A program made the translations under genes and the position numbers. Shown piece after piece: positions 46,477 to 52,493 of a DNA stretch of 52,493 bases; position 1 is the stretch's first letter, and every line of letters starts with the position of its first letter. The stretch covers positions 1-52,493 of the forward strand of contig DAHVNA010000010.1 of the NCBI GenBank assembly GCA_027319565.1, written 5' to 3'. The notes beneath the pieces were generated by a model. That model did not search any database and had not been told where the DNA came from. It saw nothing but the letters and a program-made list of their open reading frames with translations. The stretch comes from Elusimicrobiota bacterium (GTDB lineage: Bacteria > Elusimicrobiota > Elusimicrobia > UBA1565 > UBA9628).

Positions 46477-46920
46477 ATGAAAAACAATTGGAAAAAAATT
46501 GCGTGGATTGTGGTTATGACATTGTCGGGTTGCGGGACTGTCGCCAATCAAGTCAAAAACGGGAGAATTCCCAACACCATTAACCAAGAAGCGGATCGGG
46601 GAAAGTATTTTGAATCTATCGGAATCGGCGCGGCCGACCCCGCTATTCCGACCGAAACCCAGAGAAAGTCCTTGGCCCGCGATGCGGCGATCGTCAAAGC
46701 CCAGTATGAAATGCTGAGCCTCATTGAAGGCGTAAAACTCACCGGCGGGATCACGGTCAAAAAAGCCATGGAATCGGATTCCAACATTAAGACCGAAGTT
46801 AACGCCGTCATTAAGGGAGCGGAAGTCGTTAAAAGCGAGTTTACTTCCGACAACGGCTGCGTGGTCACTCTCAGGCTCTCCAAAAGCCGCCTGGCCGACG
46901 TATTGGGAAATAAACTGTAA
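46477..46920 (+). CDS. LPP20/FlgP-like lipoprotein
   Basis: Lipobox LSGC, LARDAAIVKAQYEM...GVKL...V.AVIKGAEVV pattern. GGAGG RBS before ATG 46477. Confidence 0.7.
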   Translation: MKNNWKKIAWIVVMTLSGCGTVANQVKNGRIPNTINQEADRGKYFESIGIGAADPAIPTETQRKSLARDAAIVKAQYEMLSLIEGVKLTGGITVKKAMESDSNIKTEVNAVIKGAEVVKSEFTSDNGCVVTLRLSKSRLADVLGNKL

Positions 46921-47729
46921 TGACTAAAAAAATCAAAGCCGGCATTTTGGCGGGCCTCGCAGCACTTCTAAACGGATGCGCGATGATGCGGGCCGAAACA
47001 AAAATGCGCCCCCAAACGGTTGAGGCGAAGGGAGAGGCCCGCTTTGACCCTCAAAATAGGCCCTTGAGCCGCTCAAGGGCCTTGGCTCGGGCGGAAAAAG
47101 CGGCCCTTGAAAAAGCGCTCGGGGTTCGGATATCGGAGGCGACACAGCTAAGCGCGTCCATCGTCACCCATGAAGCCATTGACGCGGAATCTTCGGGAAT
47201 GATTAACCATTACAAAATACTGAAAGAAGGAGAAAACGGCAACGTCTATCAGGTCGACATTGAAGCGAGCGTCTCCCCTTTGCCCGCTGATAACCGCAGG
47301 CAAGTATCTCTTTTCTCAAAAGCGCCTCCTGATTCTCAACCCTTGACGCTTCGACTTAATGGAAATTTTAAAGAAAGCCGTCTAGCGACATTGGCTCTGA
47401 GCGCGCTAGAAACCGGCTTTAAAAAACGCGGGTTTTCATTTAACGCATCGGGAAAAACATCCGGACGGTTCGTCGTCACCACCCAAGGTTTTTCATCAAA
47501 ATTTATCCACTCTCCACTGCTTGGAAGGCTTCACTCCTGCCGAGCCAAAATTGATATTCAAATTCAAGACACTCTTAGTCATAACCTGATTATCGATCGC
47601 TGGGTGGAAGCCGCGGGAGTTGGCGGAAGCGAAGATATCGCCCTTGAACGCGCTCTGTCCAACGCAAGCAGGAAAGCTGGAATTCAATCTGCGGAAGAAT
47701 TAGCTCAGGATCTCTGGGCGCAATTATAA
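46920..47729 (+). CDS. Lipoprotein with FlgT N-terminal-like domain
   Basis: Lipobox LNGC, VEAKGEA...ALARAEKAALEKALGV.I...S.G.I..YKILKE....YQVDIEASV pattern. TAATG coupling to the upstream gene. Confidence 0.6.
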   Translation: MTKKIKAGILAGLAALLNGCAMMRAETKMRPQTVEAKGEARFDPQNRPLSRSRALARAEKAALEKALGVRISEATQLSASIVTHEAIDAESSGMINHYKILKEGENGNVYQVDIEASVSPLPADNRRQVSLFSKAPPDSQPLTLRLNGNFKESRLATLALSALETGFKKRGFSFNASGKTSGRFVVTTQGFSSKFIHSPLLGRLHSCRAKIDIQIQDTLSHNLIIDRWVEAAGVGGSEDIALERALSNASRKAGIQSAEELAQDLWAQL

Positions 47730-47736
47730 GGATTCG

Positions 47737-48429
47737 TTAAGGCTCAAATCTATAGCCATGTCCCAAGACATTGACAATGTGTTTTGCGGCCTTAGGCCCT
47801 AATTTTTTCCGCAAATGGGAAACATGGACTTCTACGGTTCCGGGATCATTGTAATTGGCGGGATCATAGCCCCAAACAGCTTCAAGCAAGTAATTGACGC
47901 TCAAGACCCTGCCCGCTTTTTCCATCAAAACCGCCAATAAATCAAATTCCTTGCGCGTCAACGAAATTCTTTTTCCGGAGACAGAGACAACGCGAGATTC
48001 CGGGTTAAGCTCAATTTCCGCATGGCTTAAAATTTCCGCCCGGAGGCTTCCGCTATCCCGCGCGCGTTTTAATATCGCCTGGATGCGCGCTTTAAGAACC
48101 GGCAAAACAAAGGGCTTGGCCACATAATCATCCACTCCGACATCAAAGCCAGTGAGAACGTCTTTATCCGATTTTCTTTCTCCCGACATAATGATCACCG
48201 GAATGGATTTCACCAACTCTTCTTTTCTGATCAAGCGGCAAACCGAATAGCCGTCAAGGCCCGGCATTTCGGCATCCGCCAAAATCAGATCAGGGCGAGA
48301 TTCACGCGCAAGCAATAGAGCCTCGGAACCGTCATTAGTCGCGAGGACGATATATCCTTCAGCTCTCAGATATTTTTTAAGAACGTTTAAAACCGCCTCA
48401 TCATCATCCACGATCAAGATTTTTGCCAT
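47737..48429 (-). CDS. OmpR/PhoB-family DNA-binding response regulator
   Basis: REC (ILIVDDD, LADAEMP, KPF) plus winged helix LTRKEFDLL...TVEVHVSHLRKKL...GHGYRF. Confidence 0.93.
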   Translation of the reverse strand: MAKILIVDDDEAVLNVLKKYLRAEGYIVLATNDGSEALLLARESRPDLILADAEMPGLDGYSVCRLIRKEELVKSIPVIIMSGERKSDKDVLTGFDVGVDDYVAKPFVLPVLKARIQAILKRARDSGSLRAEILSHAEIELNPESRVVSVSGKRISLTRKEFDLLAVLMEKAGRVLSVNYLLEAVWGYDPANYNDPGTVEVHVSHLRKKLGPKAAKHIVNVLGHGYRFEP

Positions 48430-48562
48430 CAAACCTCCGTTTAAAAAATATCTTTGAAATAAGATATCACCTTTTGGGCATTTCTAAAAAATGCGATAAT
48501 CGAAACGTGATTCATCTTTGCGTCTTTAAACGCCCTCATCCGACGGGAGAAGACCCGATCCG

Positions 48563-49540
48563 ATGACAGGTTCTCTTTTTGTCGAGGTTCCCTTTGAAGT
48601 TCAAAAACCCCAAGACAATATCCGCCTCGACCTTTTTTTAGCCTCGCGACTTAAGCGCTATTCCCGAGTTCAAGTTCAAAATCTCATTCGGGAAGGCCGA
48701 GTCTTTACGCGTGGACGCGCCGCCAAGGCCTCTTTTCGCGTGCAGGCGGGCGAAATTGTATTCATCCGCTACCCTCGAAAAATAGAAGCGGAATGCCCTT
48801 TTAATGAGCTGGACGTCCTCTATCAAGACCAGGATTTGCTCGCCATTAACAAGCCCGCCGGAATTTTAAGTCATCCCACCGATAAATCGGTTAAAAACAC
48901 GGTGACTGAAATTTTAAAGAGGCAATTTTCCGATTTCAAGCTCCACCCCGTCCACAGGCTTGACCGGGAAACCAGCGGCGTTCTTTTATTGGCAAAATCT
49001 AGGGAAATCGCCTCTATTCTCTGTGAAGTTTTTTCAAATCGCCAGGTATTTAAGGAGTATCACGCAATCGTCATCGGAAAATTTCCGTGGAAGGAAAAAA
49101 TTGTCGAGGTTCCCATCGGCAAAGAAGGTTTAAACATTTATTCCCGCCAAGCCGCAGGCCAAGGAGCTTGGGCAAAGACGGAATTTAAAAGACTTCTCTC
49201 ATCCGACGATTATTCCTTGGTATCCGCCCGGCCAAAGACCGGGCGTTTGCACCAAATTCGCGTACACCTGGCTTATTTGGGCTATCCCGTCCTTGGCGAC
49301 AAGCTCTATATCAATGACGGAAAGGCCTATTTAAAGGCCGTCGAAAGAACCATCACGGAATCAGATTTAAATGATCTCGGCGCCAAACGGCAAATGCTCC
49401 ACGCTTTTGAGCTGTCTTTGAGTCATCCCCGCACTGGACTTCCGCTCACAATCCGCGCCGATTGGCCGCAAGATTTCAAAGCGGTTTTAAGCGCTTATAA
49501 TGAAATAACCCAAGAGAGCGTCCAGGCTTTGCTAAAATGA
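48563..49540 (+). CDS. RluA/RluD-family pseudouridine synthase with S4 domain
   Basis: RLDLFL...SR S4 domain, NKPAG, VHRLDRETSG, TGRLHQIRVH, GDKLY. Confidence 0.92.
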   Translation: MTGSLFVEVPFEVQKPQDNIRLDLFLASRLKRYSRVQVQNLIREGRVFTRGRAAKASFRVQAGEIVFIRYPRKIEAECPFNELDVLYQDQDLLAINKPAGILSHPTDKSVKNTVTEILKRQFSDFKLHPVHRLDRETSGVLLLAKSREIASILCEVFSNRQVFKEYHAIVIGKFPWKEKIVEVPIGKEGLNIYSRQAAGQGAWAKTEFKRLLSSDDYSLVSARPKTGRLHQIRVHLAYLGYPVLGDKLYINDGKAYLKAVERTITESDLNDLGAKRQMLHAFELSLSHPRTGLPLTIRADWPQDFKAVLSAYNEITQESVQALLK

Positions 49541-49552
49541 ATACAGACCTCC

Positions 49553-50779
49553 TTGAAGAACAAAACCCTCTTATCGCTTCCCCTTGGAAAAATCCTGCCG
49601 CCGATGATCCTTCAGTTTTTTATGAGCGGAGGCTACGCTCTTTCTTTCCCCTATCTCGCCATTTATCTTAAAAAAGAGCGCCACATCCCCTTCTGGATTG
49701 TAGGAATTTTTCTCACCACAAGCCTTTTTCTCGCCGCGGCAGGAAGGCTTTTTGGAGGTTCTCTCTCGGACAAATTAGGAAGGCGTCCGCTTTTGACCTG
49801 GGGTATTCTTGCGAGAACCCTCTGCGTTTTTTCGATAGGAATGGCCATCGCATACCGGGCGGCTTTTCCCGTCATTATTCTCATTGACTTTATCGGCGCC
49901 CTAGCCGCGGGAGGATTTAACTCCTCACTCATGGCCTGGGTTTCGGATCATTTTGACGAGAGTTTGCGCGTCAAAGCTTATAGCGCGATGCGGACCACCG
50001 CCAACTTGGGATGGGCCGTCGGTCCGGCGATTGCCGGACTTGCGGTCGGGAAAGGATACGCGGTCCTTTTTTTAGGCACCGCCGTCGTTTACCTTTTCTG
50101 CTCCATCGGGGTTTTATTTTTCATTGAAGAGAGTCATCCTCTGATCTTAAAAGGCGAAAAAATCGAGCACCGGGTTTTTTCCTCCACTCTTTCTATTTTG
50201 CGCCATAAAAAATTCCCTCTTTTCTTTTTCGGAACCTTTCTCATCGGCACGGTGATGGGCCATCTCATTGTTCCCTTGTCTCTCTATGCCACGGAAGCGC
50301 TCAATCTTTCGCCCAAAGAAATCGGGCTTCTCTTTTCTCTCAACGGTGGAATGGTCGTTTGCTTTCAAGTCTGGCTGATTCATGTCCTCCGCAATCGGCG
50401 CCTGCCGCATATTCTGGCTTGGGGCTCATTAGCCTATGCCCTAGGATACGCTTCCTTGGCCTGGGCCTCAGGGCTTAAATCCTTGGAAATGGCGGTGGCC
50501 GTAATCACTCTCGGAGAAATGGCAATCGCCCCTGCATTATCGGCTCTCGCCTCTAATCTTAGCGCGCCCAATGAGCGCGGACGCGCCTTGGGAGCCACGG
50601 GATTTTTCCATCAGATGGGATATGCCTTAAGCCCTTTGATTGGCGGATTGGGGCTTCAATTTTTTTCAAAAATGCGCCCGTGCCCTTATTGGTTTTTTAT
50701 CGGCGCTTTGGCTCTTTTAGCGGCCTGGGTCTTTGCCCGCGTCAAAGATTCTCCTCTCCACGCCCTACCTCATCAATAA
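49553..50779 (+). CDS. MFS transporter
   Basis: About 12 TM segments, motif A GSLSDKLGRR, NLGWAVGPAIAG. Confidence 0.9.
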   Translation: MKNKTLLSLPLGKILPPMILQFFMSGGYALSFPYLAIYLKKERHIPFWIVGIFLTTSLFLAAAGRLFGGSLSDKLGRRPLLTWGILARTLCVFSIGMAIAYRAAFPVIILIDFIGALAAGGFNSSLMAWVSDHFDESLRVKAYSAMRTTANLGWAVGPAIAGLAVGKGYAVLFLGTAVVYLFCSIGVLFFIEESHPLILKGEKIEHRVFSSTLSILRHKKFPLFFFGTFLIGTVMGHLIVPLSLYATEALNLSPKEIGLLFSLNGGMVVCFQVWLIHVLRNRRLPHILAWGSLAYALGYASLAWASGLKSLEMAVAVITLGEMAIAPALSALASNLSAPNERGRALGATGFFHQMGYALSPLIGGLGLQFFSKMRPCPYWFFIGALALLAAWVFARVKDSPLHALPHQ

Positions 50780-51143
50780 TCGAGATAAGAACCTCTTCCA
50801 CTTCTTCGGCGATTTTTTTAAGCTCAGGGTTGGGAAACATCGCCAAGAGAACCGTGGGTTTTATCGTCGATAGAGTGACCTTCCCATTTTTTTCGTAGGC
50901 GGCAATTCGGCACGGGAGGAGATTGGAAATATCAATATTCCCATCGAGAATTTTCTGGGCCTGCTGCGGGTTGCAGACCTCAAAAATCAGGCAATCTTTT
51001 TTAAAAGGAACGCCTTTTTCGTTCATTTTCTCTTTGAGGTTATGAATTGTCAAAAGCCCAAATTTATGCCGGGAGGATACCGCCCCTAGCGATTTTTCGA
51101 TTTCAGAAATAGATTTCTTTGTCTCGATTTGATAGAGCATCAT
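50742..51143 (-). CDS. DUF302 domain protein
   Basis: FGLLTIHNLKEKM..KG, IFEVCNP, LLPCRIAAYE. Start placed at MMLYQ. Confidence 0.82.
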   Translation of the reverse strand: MMLYQIETKKSISEIEKSLGAVSSRHKFGLLTIHNLKEKMNEKGVPFKKDCLIFEVCNPQQAQKILDGNIDISNLLPCRIAAYEKNGKVTLSTIKPTVLLAMFPNPELKKIAEEVEEVLISIIDEVGRGEENL

Positions 51144-51166
51144 TTTTCTTGTCTCCGGTATCAGTT

Positions 51167-51382
51167 CTAACAGCATTTTTGGGAGGAATTTTTGGGATCT
51201 CCCCAGCCCAGAAAACGCAAAATGTCCTCCATCAAGCACCAGCGCGTGATTGAAGACTGAAGTAGATTGGCCCCCACAAAGGCTGTAAACCATAAGAAAT
51301 TACGATTGACCCAATAGGCCAGGGCCAAGCTAATTAAAATGAAGCTTCCGGCAATCATCCTAATTTTTCTCTCTAAACTCAT
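51167..51382 (-). CDS. DUF2892 (YgaP-like) small membrane protein
   Basis: ERKIRMIAG, FVGANLLQSSITRWCLM. GAGG RBS. Confidence 0.85.
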   Translation of the reverse strand: MSLERKIRMIAGSFILISLALAYWVNRNFLWFTAFVGANLLQSSITRWCLMEDILRFLGWGDPKNSSQKCC

Positions 51383-51390
51383 AAACCCTC

Positions 51391-52493
51391 CTAATTTACA
51401 CTCTTATTTTTTTGACCCATGAATAGATAATACAGAATCGGCACCGTGGGAACGGAGAGAAACGCCGCCGCTACCCCGCCCGCCATTAAAGACAGGGCTA
51501 AACCCTGAAAGATAGGGTCAAATAAAATGACCACCGCCCCTAAAACAACCGCGGCCGCGGTCAGCAAAATCGGCCTAAAGCGGACCGCCCCAGCGTCAAT
51601 AACCGCTTCTTTGATGGGCATTCCTTGCTTCATCCTCAATTCGATAAAGTCAACCAAAATAATTGAATTTCTAACCACAATCCCCGCTCCAGCGATAAAT
51701 CCAATAACCGAGGTCGCGGTAAAGAAAGCGTGCATGAGCCAATGAGCGGGAATGATTCCAATCAAGCTCAGCGGAATCGGGGTCATGATGATGAGAGGCA
51801 CCAAGAAAGACTCAAACCAACCCACGACCAAAATGTAAATCAGGACCAAGACTAAGGCAAAGGCCAGGCCCAAATCGCGGAAAACCTCATAGGTGATTTG
51901 CCACTCCCCATCCCATTTAAGCGCGTAATGCCGGGAATCGGGCGGCATGGAAGCGTAATATTCTTGAAGAGAAATTCCCATTTCCTTGGCCGCTTCCCGA
52001 ACCGGCTTTTCCAGTTTTAATATCGCATAGACGGGGCTTTCTTCCCCTCCGGCGACATCCGCGATCACATAACTGACATTCCTCAGATTCTTATGATAAA
52101 TCGGCTCATCAATACGACTTGAAAATGGCTTGAGAAATTTCCCAAGAGGAATGACCGTCCCGTTTCGGGATAAAATGGGAATCTGAAACAGAAAATGTCC
52201 GTCTTTTCTCTCAGAGGAACTTAAGCGAATCCGGATTTTAACGGGTTCTTGTTCATTGGGCATATGGGCCAACCCCAGGGTTTCTCCGTGAAGCGCCATT
52301 CGCGTCAAGCGAGCGATATCGGCGGGAACAATTCCATTGAGAGTCGATTCTTTTTTGCGAATCGCAAGCCGTTCTAGCTTCTGCATGCGGGTCGGGAAAT
52401 AACTGTCCACATCAACAATCCCATCGGTGTTTTTAAGAACCTCTTCTATTTTCCGGGCAAAATCATCTCTTTTTTTAGGATCAGGGCCGTAAA
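51391..52493 (-). CDS. RND efflux permease (AcrB family), 5' part outside the window
   Basis: Frame open to the window edge. WDGEWQITYEVFRDLG, GIVVRNSIILVDF, RFRPILLT. Confidence 0.9.
   Translation of the reverse strand, partial: YGPDPKKRDDFARKIEEVLKNTDGIVDVDSYFPTRMQKLERLAIRKKESTLNGIVPADIARLTRMALHGETLGLAHMPNEQEPVKIRIRLSSSERKDGHFLFQIPILSRNGTVIPLGKFLKPFSSRIDEPIYHKNLRNVSYVIADVAGGEESPVYAILKLEKPVREAAKEMGISLQEYYASMPPDSRHYALKWDGEWQITYEVFRDLGLAFALVLVLIYILVVGWFESFLVPLIIMTPIPLSLIGIIPAHWLMHAFFTATSVIGFIAGAGIVVRNSIILVDFIELRMKQGMPIKEAVIDAGAVRFRPILLTAAAVVLGAVVILFDPIFQGLALSLMAGGVAAAFLSVPTVPILYYLFMGQKNKSVN

Noticed and set aside
5000..52000. Numerous 60-190 aa alternative-frame ORFs inside long genes
   Set aside because: They are fully nested in well-supported CDSs, with no motifs or translation signals.

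Overview
This is a 52.5-kb chromosomal window from a diderm (LPS-making, lpxB) bacterium. The short archaeal-type DnaK and the gene content suggest Elusimicrobiota (inference). Left to right it holds: a tripartite HipBST-type toxin-antitoxin locus; a Ser/Thr-rich lipoprotein; a TraF/FadL-like outer-membrane barrel; two paralogous secreted His/Lys-rich proteins; a CGTC-type palindromic repeat cluster; a CzcCBA-like RND pump; housekeeping genes (aldo/keto reductase, dapA, dapF, lpxB, gdhA, TPR protein, panC, M20 peptidase, pepE, tRNA nucleotidyltransferase, DUF4175-like protein); an alternative complex III operon (actABCDEF) headed by a NapF/NapG-like ferredoxin; a secreted C39-like peptidase plus lipoprotein; the CIRCE-controlled hrcA-grpE-dnaK-dnaJ-rsmE operon; folD and panE; a small basic tandem-repeat protein; a signalling island; a pseudouridine synthase and an MFS transporter; and the 3' end of an RND-DUF2892-DUF302 cluster. 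The signalling island (two hybrid kinases, a receiver, an OmpR-type regulator) is interleaved with FlgO-, FlgP(LPP20)- and FlgT-like envelope genes, and three of its promoters share an 11-bp-periodic TTAAG repeat. The best candidates for undescribed biology are this flagellum-free FlgOPT-like module, the His/Lys-rich paralogue pair, and the atypical ACIII. No rRNA, tRNA, CRISPR array or transposase was seen. All product calls come from motif recognition by eye, not database searches.
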